From the NCBI RefSeq assembly GCF_017876815.1, contig NZ_JAGIOS010000002.1, positions 900,001-932,000 on the forward strand: a DNA stretch of 32,000 bases, in the 5' to 3' direction. Origin of the DNA: Sinorhizobium meliloti. GTDB lineage: Bacteria; Pseudomonadota; Alphaproteobacteria; Rhizobiales; Rhizobiaceae. How positions within the stretch are numbered: position 1 is the first letter of the stretch; each line of letters begins with the position of its first letter. The position numbers were made by a program, and so were the translations under genes. The notes under the pieces were generated by a model. It saw only the letters and a list, made by a program, of their open reading frames with translations. It did no database searches and had not been told where the DNA came from. Below are positions 15,393-23,256 of this stretch, one piece after another.

Positions 15393-17114
15393 TCAGAAAA
15401 TGTCGGGCTCGCCCACGGCTGTTCCGAAGGCGGTTTCGAGAAAGTCGAAGTCGCAGCCTTCATTGGCCTGCTTGATGTGCTTCGAGAACATCCAGCCATA
15501 GCCTCGTTCGTATTTGTCGGCGGGGCGCGTCCATGCGGCCCGCCGCATCGCCAATATCTCCTCGTCGACCAGCATGTCGATCGTCCGGTTCGGCACGTCG
15601 ACGCGGATGATGTCTCCGGTCCTGACGAGCGAAAGGGGCCCGCCGACATGGGACTCCGGCGCCACGTGCAGAATGCAGGCGCCGTAGCTCGTCCCGCTCA
15701 TGCGGGCGTCGGAGATGCGCAGCATATCGCGATAGCCCTGCTTCAGGATCTTTTTCGGGATCGGCAGCATACCCCATTCCGGCATGCCGGGCCCGCCCTT
15801 GGGCCCCGCATTTCTGAGGATGAGCACGTGGTCGGGCGTGACGTCGAGATCCTCGTCGTCGATGGCGGCCTTCATCTCCGGATAGCTGTCGAAGACGAGC
15901 GCCGGCCCCTCATGGACCCGCAGCCGCTCCTCGCAGGCGGACGGCTTCACGACGCAGCCATCCGGCGCCAGATTGCCCTTGAGGACGGCCAGCGAGCCTT
16001 CATGATAGATCGGGTTGGAAAGCGGCCGGATGACGTCGGAATTGTGCACCTCCGCCCCTTCGAGCGTCGCCCCCAACGGAAATCCGCTCACCGTCATCGC
16101 GTCGAGATGCAACAGCTCCTTCATCTCCGCCATCAGCGCGCGCAGGCCGCCGGCATAATAGAAATCCTCCATGAGGTACTGCTTGCCGGAAGGCCTGATA
16201 TTGGCGATGACGGGCGTCGTGCGGCTGATCCCGTCGAGATCTTCGAGCGTCAGCGGCACCCCGGCCCGTCGCGCCATGGCGATGAGATGCACCACGGCAT
16301 TGGTCGAACAGCCGGTCGCCATTGCTACGGCACTCGCATTTGCGACCGACTTCTCGGTGATGATCTTCTCAGGTCCCAGCTTCTCGTGAACCATCTCGAC
16401 GATCCGCCTGCCGCATCGCGTGCTCATACGGATGTGGTTGGCGTCGGCTGCGGGGATCGAGCTGGCGCCGGGAAGCGTCAAACCGAGCGACTCGGCGATC
16501 GCCGTCATCGTGCTTGCCGTTCCGAAGGTCATGCAATGGCCGTAGGAGCGGGCGATCCCCTCCTCCACGCCGATCCATTGCTCATCCGTTATCGTTCCCG
16601 CGCGGCGCTCGTCCCAATACTTCCATGCATCCGAGCCGGAGCCGAGATGCTCGCCCTTGTAGTGCCCGCGCAGCATCGGGCCGGCCGGCAGGAAGATCAT
16701 CGGGAGGCCGGCGCTGATCGCACCCATGACGAGGGCAGGCGTGGTCTTGTCGCACCCGCCCATCAGTACGGCCCCGTCGATCGGGTGGCCGCGCAGCAAT
16801 TCCTCCGCCTCCATGGCCAGGAAGTTTCGATAGAGCATCGTCGTCGGCTTGAGCGAGCTTTCCGAGAGCGACTGCACCGGCAGTTCGACGGGAAACCCGC
16901 CGGCCTGCAGCACGCCGCGTTTCACGTCGTCGATCCGGTGCTTGAAATGAGCGTGGCACGGATTGAGATCCGACCATGTGTTCAGGATGGCGATGATCGG
17001 CTTCTCGCCCCAGTCCTTGGCGTCGTAGCCCATCTGCATCAGGCGGGAGCGGTGACCGGAAGAGCGCAGGTCATCGGGGGCAAACCACCGTGCGCTACGA
17101 AGTGTGGATGTCAT
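15393..17114 (-). CDS. IlvD/Edd-family dehydratase (sugar-acid or dihydroxy-acid dehydratase)
   Basis: Start taken at MTSTLRSARWFAPDDLRSSGHRSR (ATG 17114). Family blocks NTWSDLNPCHAHF, GGCDKTTPA, TFGTASTM and SGTSYGACILHVAPE. The track start at 17180 would abut the operator palindrome. Confidence 0.85.
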   Translation of the reverse strand: MTSTLRSARWFAPDDLRSSGHRSRLMQMGYDAKDWGEKPIIAILNTWSDLNPCHAHFKHRIDDVKRGVLQAGGFPVELPVQSLSESSLKPTTMLYRNFLAMEAEELLRGHPIDGAVLMGGCDKTTPALVMGAISAGLPMIFLPAGPMLRGHYKGEHLGSGSDAWKYWDERRAGTITDEQWIGVEEGIARSYGHCMTFGTASTMTAIAESLGLTLPGASSIPAADANHIRMSTRCGRRIVEMVHEKLGPEKIITEKSVANASAVAMATGCSTNAVVHLIAMARRAGVPLTLEDLDGISRTTPVIANIRPSGKQYLMEDFYYAGGLRALMAEMKELLHLDAMTVSGFPLGATLEGAEVHNSDVIRPLSNPIYHEGSLAVLKGNLAPDGCVVKPSACEERLRVHEGPALVFDSYPEMKAAIDDEDLDVTPDHVLILRNAGPKGGPGMPEWGMLPIPKKILKQGYRDMLRISDARMSGTSYGACILHVAPESHVGGPLSLVRTGDIIRVDVPNRTIDMLVDEEILAMRRAAWTRPADKYERGYGWMFSKHIKQANEGCDFDFLETAFGTAVGEPDIF

Positions 17115-17180
17115 TGGCTTGGATATTCCCGACAGGTGGATCTTCCACGCGGGTGTAGCATGGCGGGAAACGGGGCGCAA

Positions 17181-17200
17181 TACACTAATGCATTAGTGTA
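17181..17200. promoter_or_regulatory. perfect 20-bp palindrome, candidate GntR operator
   Basis: TACACTAATGCATTAGTGTA equals its own reverse complement. It lies 66 nt upstream of the dehydratase ATG. Confidence 0.65.
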
Positions 17201-17248
17201 GATCTGGCGGGCCGGGAGCAGCCTCCAGTGCTCCGGCCACGTTCTAAC

Positions 17249-19453
17249 TCAATGCGTCGTCAGCACCTTCACTCCGCCCCTCCGCTCCAGGACGTCGACC
17301 ACGACCTGGGATCTCGACCGTCTCAGGGCGATGTCGACCATGCCCGAACCGACCCGCAGCCGTTTCAGCACGACCTCGTCCAGGAAGGGCGGGAGCGTCG
17401 GCTCGTTCAGGGTGACATGCATCCTGCCGGCATCGAAGCCGAGTCCGATCATCGACTGGAGCAGATAGAGGGGGGCAGCCGCCGCCCAGGCCTGCGGGAC
17501 GCAGGAAACCGGATAGAAGGTCGGACCGCGGGCGCGCTGGCGCGCGAAGCCGCAAAATAGCTCCGGCAGACGTCTGAGGTCGGTGTAGGTGGAGGCCGCG
17601 AACAGCCCTTCGAAGATGCTCGCCGCCTCGGCTTGAAAGCCGTAGCGCACGAAGCCTGCCGCGATCAGCGCATTGTCGTGCGGCCAGACGGAGCCGTTAT
17701 GGTAGCTCATCGGATTGTAACGCGCCTCCGAGGCGGCGATCGTGCGCACGCCCCAGCCGCAGAAGGAGGATTGCGCCATCAGCGTCGACACTACCCTGCC
17801 GGCGCGCTCCGGCAGGGCGATGCCGGTGAAGAGCGCATGGCCTGCATTGGAGGAGCGGACGCGGCAGGGGTTCTTTTCCCCGTCGAGGGCCAGCGAATAG
17901 GTTCCAAGCTCATCGTCGAAAAAGGCCGTGTCGAACCGGATGCGCAGCTCTTCGGCCCGTCGTTCGAGCCTCAGCGCATCCTCGACATGGCCGAGCTTGC
18001 GCGACAGCCGCGCGGCCGCCTGCCAGGCGCCGAAGACATAGGCCTGTACCTCGGCGGTCGCGATCGGCCCCGAGGCCAGATTGCCCCCGGCATGGAAGAT
18101 CGAATCGTGGCTGTCCTTCCAGCACTGGTTCACCAGGCCCTTTGCGGTGCGGCTTCCATATTCGACGAAGCCGTCGCCGTCGCGGTCGCCGAAACGGTCG
18201 ATCCAGTCAAGCGCCGCCACCACGTTCGGCCAGAGGTTCCGCACGGTATCGAGATCGCCGGTGCGATCGAGATAGGCGCCGGCAAGCATGATGAAGAGAG
18301 GGGTCGAGTCGATGCTGCCGTAATAGCGCCGGAAGGGCACCTCGCCGAGTTCCGCCATTTCGCCGTAGCGCATCTCATGCAGGATCTTGCCCGGCTCCGC
18401 ATCGGCGGCGGGGTCGAAATCGGTCGCCTGATTGGCGGCAAGATGCCTGAGCACGCCTTTCGCGATTTCCGGGTCCAGCCACAGTGTTTCGAGTGCGGTG
18501 ATGAGCGCGTCGCGGCCGAAGACGGTGCTGAACCAGGGGATGCCGGCGTAAGGGTAGGGACCTTCGGGTGTCTCCGTAAGCAGCATGTAGAGGTCGGTGA
18601 CGCTGCGCCTCACCGCCTCGTTGAACACGGCGTTGGAGGTCACGACCGCGGCGGCGCGCGAGGCGGAATAGCGCAACGCCCTCCTGGCATCGCGCAACGC
18701 CAGAAAGAAGGTGAAGGCCGGAGGGTGCGGATTGTCTTCGAGACTGTTGCAGGCGATTTCGATGAAGATCGATTGCGCCTGATGCGGTGCGAGTTCGACG
18801 ACAAAGCTCGCCTCCCGTCCGGTGAGCCTCTGCGGCTCCGGATCGAAGCGGAGCGTCGTGCTGCGGGTCTGGCCGTCGAGGCCGTCATAGGCCAGGACGA
18901 CCCGGGCGTTGCCGACCAGCGCGCTGTGATGGGTGCCGCGGCGTCGCCTGGGGGTGCCACGCACCTCGAAAAGGTCGGCGAAGTCGGCGGCGAAGGACAA
19001 TTCGACCTGCAGCCTTCTCGGCACTTCATCGAAGTTTCGCAGGACCAGGCGTTCGTAGCAGGCCTCCTGCCAGAGGAACCGGGTACGCCGCACGTGAATG
19101 AGGTCATGCTTCAAGACCTCGCCACCGGGATCGAGCACGAGAGCCGGGTTGGTGAGATCGCAGTCGAGCGTGGCATTGTCGTCCCTGAGCGTGGAACTCA
19201 GCAACAGCGACCGGGCGCCGTTCAATGTCAGCACGAACTCCGACAGATGGCGGGTGTCGCGGTGGAAGATCCCCTCCGGATTGGAAGGAGAGGAAAACGC
19301 ATCGCCGTTGTGGTCGAACACTGCGAAGGTATCGCCGTGTTTCAGCGATCTGGAGCTTCGCTCGTAACGCGAGACCGCTGCGGGTCCCAGGTCGTCCGCA
19401 GATGTCACGTCGGGGGCGGCTTCGGCCGGCCCCCCGGAGAGATTGGTTCCCAT
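17249..19453 (-). CDS. amylo-alpha-1,6-glucosidase / glycogen-debranching-enzyme-like protein (GDE_N_bis + GDE_C, (alpha/alpha)6 glycosidase)
   Basis: 734 aa. Blocks YGSIDSTPLFIMLAGAY, GLVNQCWKDSHDSI, YHNGSVWPHDNALIA and LPELFCGF are typical of the bacterial GDE_C family. ATG preceded by GGAGAC. Confidence 0.8.
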   Translation of the reverse strand: MGTNLSGGPAEAAPDVTSADDLGPAAVSRYERSSRSLKHGDTFAVFDHNGDAFSSPSNPEGIFHRDTRHLSEFVLTLNGARSLLLSSTLRDDNATLDCDLTNPALVLDPGGEVLKHDLIHVRRTRFLWQEACYERLVLRNFDEVPRRLQVELSFAADFADLFEVRGTPRRRRGTHHSALVGNARVVLAYDGLDGQTRSTTLRFDPEPQRLTGREASFVVELAPHQAQSIFIEIACNSLEDNPHPPAFTFFLALRDARRALRYSASRAAAVVTSNAVFNEAVRRSVTDLYMLLTETPEGPYPYAGIPWFSTVFGRDALITALETLWLDPEIAKGVLRHLAANQATDFDPAADAEPGKILHEMRYGEMAELGEVPFRRYYGSIDSTPLFIMLAGAYLDRTGDLDTVRNLWPNVVAALDWIDRFGDRDGDGFVEYGSRTAKGLVNQCWKDSHDSIFHAGGNLASGPIATAEVQAYVFGAWQAAARLSRKLGHVEDALRLERRAEELRIRFDTAFFDDELGTYSLALDGEKNPCRVRSSNAGHALFTGIALPERAGRVVSTLMAQSSFCGWGVRTIAASEARYNPMSYHNGSVWPHDNALIAAGFVRYGFQAEAASIFEGLFAASTYTDLRRLPELFCGFARQRARGPTFYPVSCVPQAWAAAAPLYLLQSMIGLGFDAGRMHVTLNEPTLPPFLDEVVLKRLRVGSGMVDIALRRSRSQVVVDVLERRGGVKVLTTH

Positions 19454-19582
19454 CGGATCGGTCTCCGTTGCATCGGAGCAGGGTGAGGGTGGTGCGTGCC
19501 GTGTTCCGCCCGCATCCCGCTCTCGCTCCTCGAGTAGATCACGATGCGTTCAGGTCGATCAGAACTCATCCGTGATCCGGTA

Positions 19583-20683
19583 TCAGGCGACCCTGGCAGA
19601 GCCGGGGCCGGCACCGCTTTCGTTCGCCGCATGGATCGGCATGACCCTTTGGGCGCCGCCTGCCAGGGCGCGATAGAGATCCAGATAGTCATCTGCCATG
19701 CGTCGGGCGGTGAAGCGTCTGTCGAAGGTCGCCCGGACCGTGTGGCGATCGAGCCGGTCGAGATCGTGGACCGCCTTCACGGCCTCCTCCATGCTGTCGA
19801 CGATAAAGCCCGACACGGCGTGGTCGATCACCTCCGGCACCGCGCCGCAGCGGAAGGCGACCACCGGCGTGCCGCAGGCCATCGCCTCGATCATCACCAG
19901 CCCGAATGGTTCGGGCCAATCGATCGGGAAGAGGAGGGCGCGTGCATTTCCGAGGAATTCGCCCTTCTGACATTCGTCGATTTCGCCGATGAATTCGACA
20001 TTCGGATAGCGTCGGACAAGCGGCTCGATCTCGTTCAGCCAGTAGGCCTCGTCCGCTTTGTCGACCTTGGCGGCGATTTTCAGCGGCATGCCGACCCGGG
20101 CAGCGATTTCGATCGCGCGGTCGGGCCGCTTTTCGGGCGAGATGCGGCCTAGGAAGGCGAGATAATCGCCCCTCGGCTGGCCGGTGAAGGGAAGGACGTC
20201 AGGAGCCAGACCATGATGGACCGTCGCGACCCAATTGACCGGCGGCATCGGTTTTCGCTGGTCGTCGGAGATCGAAATCAGGGGAACATCCGGGAATGCG
20301 GCGTAGAAGGGCTGGAGGTCGGGCAGATCGAGGCGGCCGTGCAGCGTCGTCACCGTCTTTCCTGCGAGGCTGCGAACGAGGGGAAAATGCAGGAGATCGA
20401 TGTGGAAGTGCAGGACGTCGAAGCCGTTGGCCTGCCGGCGCACTTCCTCCAGCATCAGCATGTGATAGGGGATAGGATCCTGAACCGCAGGGTTCAATCT
20501 CAGCGCCATATCCGAGCAGGGGATGAGCTTTGCCGAGGTCATCGAGTCGCCGCTCGCGAAGAGCGTGACCTCATGGCCCTGTCGGACGAGCTCTTCCGTC
20601 AGGTGGTGAACGACGCGCTCGGTTCCGCCGTAGAGCTTCGGCGGGACACGTTCGAACAGCGGTGCGATCTGGGCTATCTTCAT
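19583..20683 (-). CDS. glycosyltransferase family 4 (GT-B fold)
   Basis: Start taken at MKIAQIAPLFERVPP (ATG 20683, preceded by AAGGAG, spacing 7). GT4 E-X7-E region EPFGLVMIEAMACGTPVVA. The track start at 20797 lacks an RBS. Confidence 0.85.
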   Translation of the reverse strand: MKIAQIAPLFERVPPKLYGGTERVVHHLTEELVRQGHEVTLFASGDSMTSAKLIPCSDMALRLNPAVQDPIPYHMLMLEEVRRQANGFDVLHFHIDLLHFPLVRSLAGKTVTTLHGRLDLPDLQPFYAAFPDVPLISISDDQRKPMPPVNWVATVHHGLAPDVLPFTGQPRGDYLAFLGRISPEKRPDRAIEIAARVGMPLKIAAKVDKADEAYWLNEIEPLVRRYPNVEFIGEIDECQKGEFLGNARALLFPIDWPEPFGLVMIEAMACGTPVVAFRCGAVPEVIDHAVSGFIVDSMEEAVKAVHDLDRLDRHTVRATFDRRFTARRMADDYLDLYRALAGGAQRVMPIHAANESGAGPGSARVA

Positions 20684-20852
20684 GAACGACGCTCCTTTGG
20701 ATCGGGATGTCAGAAGCGTTGTGGGCCTCCATTGTGAACCTCCGGGGGCCGGACGACATCTATGATCTAGTCGATGCGCCGTGCTCTTCAAGAGCAACGG
20801 CGAACCGACGCGACCGGATGATCACGGATCTGTTCTTTATGGAGGTGGGGGC

Positions 20853-21020
20853 TCAGGCCGCTCTTGCCGCCTCCACGAAAGCCGCGATCTTGTCGATATC
20901 CTTGCGAAAGCCGCCTCCGGGAAGCGGCTGGTTCGTGTGGGTGAGGGAATCGTCCGCCCAGGGGCGGACGGCTTCGATGGCCGCCTGAACGTTTTCCGGC
21001 TTGAATATGCTCTTCCTCAA
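20853..21020 (-). pseudogene. orphan 55-codon C-terminal fragment of an unidentified protein
   Basis: Reads (L)RKSIFKPENVQAAIEAVRPWADDSLTHTNQPLPGGGFRKDIDKIAAFVEAARAA-stop. Protein-like composition, but a TGA lies 2 codons upstream and only a TTG start is available. Not in the ORF track because it is too short. Confidence 0.25.
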
Positions 21021-21175
21021 CGGTCAGGCCGCTGAACGGCACCTGGCAGATCGGCGCATCGGCGGACGCGCCGGAAGGCTTCGACCTCGGTTATTTCGCC
21101 TTCCCGCCTGAGAGGATGCGTTGCGGGCAGCCAAATAGCTACGGTCCTATGTGAAGAGCGGGCCGGCCAGCGATC

Positions 21176-21560
21176 TCATGCGGCAGCTACCACCTCGATC
21201 TCGACCAACCATTCCGGGACAAGGGTTTCGGCCACGATCGCAGTTGTCGGGATACGACGATTGCCCAAAGCCGCAATGCGGACATTCTGGTTCGCCTCGG
21301 CATAAGAGGCATCGCGCAAGTAGCTCGTCAACCGCACAATATTGTCGGTCGTCATGTTTGCTTCGGCGAGGATGCGCCGGATATTGGACCAGATCAGCAA
21401 TAGCTGTTCTTCCAGGCTGTCTGGAGCCTTCCCTTCGGGATCAAGCCCCAGTGCCACTGACAAACAGAAACCGTGCCGCGCCGCTCACCTCCATCGCATG
21501 CACATAGTCGTCGGTAGCTGGATAGATGCCGTTGCGCGGGTTCCGTGGAATCATCTGCAT
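21176..21560 (-). pseudogene. RidA/YjgF-family (enamine/imine deaminase) gene split by a frameshift
   Basis: The N-terminal part MQMIPRNPRNGIYPATDDYVHAMEVSGAARFLFVSGTGA-stop (frame of ORF 21441..21629) continues in another frame as LGLDPEGKAPDSLEEQLLLIWSNIRRILAEANMT...LVEIEVVAAA (ORF 21176..21463). The junction is near 21441-21465. A sequencing error cannot be excluded. Confidence 0.65.
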
Positions 21561-21592
21561 TCGGAGTGTCCTTTCGTCTGAGTCGGCAAGCA

Positions 21593-21910
21593 TCAAGCCT
21601 CGGCGGGCGCATCGGCTAACGCCCGACAAAGGGTCGCACGATGCACACCCAAGAGCCGAGCGACCTCGGCCACCGGCTTTTCCTCGTCTTTGATGAGCTT
21701 CCGGGCGTTTTCGATCTGCGCGGCGGACAGGGCAGGGGAGGGACCGAACCGCACGCCTCGCGCCTTCGCCGGGATCCGGCCGGCGCTGGTGCGCTCTACG
21801 ATCAAGGACCGCTCGAAATCCGCGATCCCGGCGAACGCGGTCGACACCATGTGGCTACGCGCTGCCACGCTTCGAGGCTGTCGAACGCCATGAGGCTCAT
21901 ACCAGCTCGC
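21593..21910 (-). pseudogene. serine recombinase (resolvase/invertase) remnant: C-terminal half only
   Basis: HMVSTAFAGIADFERSLIVERTSAGRIPAKARGVRFGPSPALSAAQIENARKLI...KPVAEVARLLGVHRATLCRAL is the E-helix plus HTH of a resolvase. The catalytic N-terminal domain with the serine nucleophile is absent. The upstream segment only reads resolvase-like (GMSLMAFDSLEAW) in a different frame. Confidence 0.7.
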
Positions 21911-21953
21911 CAGGGTGTTTCCCCCATGACGACGCTGGCGACACGCGGCACGG

Positions 21954-22282
21954 CTAGGATTCGTCGTCGTCATGCTCGATCTCCGTCAAATCCCCGTCCC
22001 GCAAAGGTGCTTCGTAGTCTTGGCCGCCGTAATAGACGCCGATGATATTCACGGTGCCGTCCGCTACCTCAAACAGAATCGTCACACGCCGGCGAAACCC
22101 AAGCGTTCGCAAGCCTGGCCGAAGATCGTCGCGGCGCGTGCCTCGGTGCGGAAAGGTTTGCAGCTTCCCGCAATAGTCCACGATGGAATCGACATAGCGC
22201 GCCGCCACGGCGGGCGACGCTGCCCCGGAAATATGGCGAGCTGGTCGCGAGCCTCCGGGGTGAAATGAACGGTGTGCGTCAC
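21954..22282 (-). pseudogene. parE: ParE-family toxin gene, frameshifted
   Basis: GTG 22282 overlaps the parD stop (GTGA) and encodes VTHTVHFTPEARDQLA. The ParE body HISGAASPAVAARYVDSIVDYCGKLQTFPHRGTRRDDLRPGLRTLGFRRRVTILFEVADGTVNIIGVYYGGQDYE then continues in another frame. The junction is about 22228-22240. Confidence 0.65.
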
Positions 22283-22554
22283 GCCGGGTCAGATCGCTTA
22301 CGCTTGCTGGCAAGATGCTGGCGTACCTGGTCAACGCTGAGCGCCCGGCTCGGGTTGGCCTTTAGCTTGTCGTAGGCGGCAACGCCTTCCGTGCGCAGCC
22401 AGCTTTCAAGGGCCTTGTCGCGCGCCTGCAAGGCGCGCAGCCCGTCGCGGATAACCTCGCTCTCGCTGGCATACTCGCCCGACGAAACCTTCGTCTTGAC
22501 CATCTGTGCCATTTCATTCGGCAACGTGACGCTGAATTGTTGCGTGCTGCGCAT
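22279..22554 (-). CDS. parD: ParD-family antitoxin (ribbon-helix-helix)
   Basis: 91 aa. FSVTLPNEMAQMVKTKVSSGEYASESEVIRDGLRALQARD is the typical ParD/COG3609 N-terminus. Sits directly upstream of the parE remnant with a 4-nt overlap. Confidence 0.85.
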   Translation of the reverse strand: MRSTQQFSVTLPNEMAQMVKTKVSSGEYASESEVIRDGLRALQARDKALESWLRTEGVAAYDKLKANPSRALSVDQVRQHLASKRKRSDPA

Positions 22555-22735
22555 GGGAATCTCCCGTTTCGGATCGTGCTAAGTAGGATTGAACACTACC
22601 ACATATAGACCGATCGGGAAACGCAGCAAACGGTCGGAGCGATCCTGCCTACATGATTGCACGCAAGCATGATGGCTTGGCAACTATTCCCCGCCCTCAC
22701 GAACGACCGGGAAATTGTATTTGCGAAAAGCAGGT

Positions 22736-23071
22736 TCAGCGCCTTGGCCACAAGCCGCTCCTGCGGAATCCGCTAACCCTTGTCGTCGCGCGTTCGAAAG
22801 CTGACTTCTTCCAGCGTTTCCCAATAGGCGGGCGGCAATTGGTGGGTTTTGGCTGTCTCGCCAGCCCGTATAACGGAATGTAGGTGCCGGCCGGCAGCGG
22901 GCTGGCAGCAGGCCGCTTCGGCTCTACCGGCGTGTCGGAAGCGGCCGGAGCTGCTGGCGCGGCCGCCGGCTGTTCGGCCGTCTTGATGGCGGTGTCGAGA
23001 ATGCGCTTACGGAAGAAACGAAGGTGCTCTATGTCGAGGCGATCGCCGGAGTTGGCGCATGCGCGCAGCAT
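22736..23071 (-). CDS. hypothetical protein with a Pro/Ala-rich low-complexity centre; possibly a gene remnant
   Basis: Open frame only, with no recognisable domain and no clear RBS. The neighbouring frames upstream also read protein-like (GIILSADERGRDLDDDVDPEI...), suggesting a broken larger gene. Confidence 0.2.
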   Translation of the reverse strand: MLRACANSGDRLDIEHLRFFRKRILDTAIKTAEQPAAAPAAPAASDTPVEPKRPAASPLPAGTYIPLYGLARQPKPTNCRPPIGKRWKKSAFERATTRVSGFRRSGLWPRR

Positions 23072-23256
23072 CGTGGTGATCTGCGAATACCTTAGCGTCG
23101 CCGGCGGTCTGCCGCCCGCGTGATTTCGGGGTCGACGTCGTCGTCGAGATCGCGACCACGTTCATCGGCGGACAGAATGATGCCGTGGGCGGAGTCATCA
23201 CCCTCAATCCGACATCCTGCCGCCGGACTGTCTCGAAGACGGGGAAGTGCCCTAAA

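Noticed and set aside
3968-17114. The idea that the dehydratase/aldolase/dehydrogenase genes plus the nearby TauE-like exporter form a sulfoquinovose (sulfo-ED-type) or other organosulfonate pathway
   Set aside because: The enzyme classes loosely resemble sulfo-ED steps (an IlvD/Edd-type dehydratase, an aldolase, a downstream redox enzyme, a TauE-type exporter). However, the window has no sulfoquinovosidase, sugar dehydrogenase, lactonase or desulfonating enzyme. The TauE gene sits behind a different GntR gene and carries no copy of the palindromic operator. This is kept only as a remote possibility.
15336-17201. 621-aa ORF on the + strand opposite the IlvD/Edd dehydratase
   Set aside because: Antisense artefact. 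It also runs across the operator palindrome and into the neighbouring gene.
17633-19486. 617-aa ORF on the + strand opposite the GDE-like gene
   Set aside because: Antisense artefact with no recognisable motifs, while the - strand has strong GDE_C blocks.
21455-21475. A second sigma-54-like element (TGGCAC-TGGGG-CTTGA on the - strand)
   Set aside because: The -12 element is not TTGC, and it lies inside the frameshifted RidA coding sequence with no activator or downstream gene to serve.
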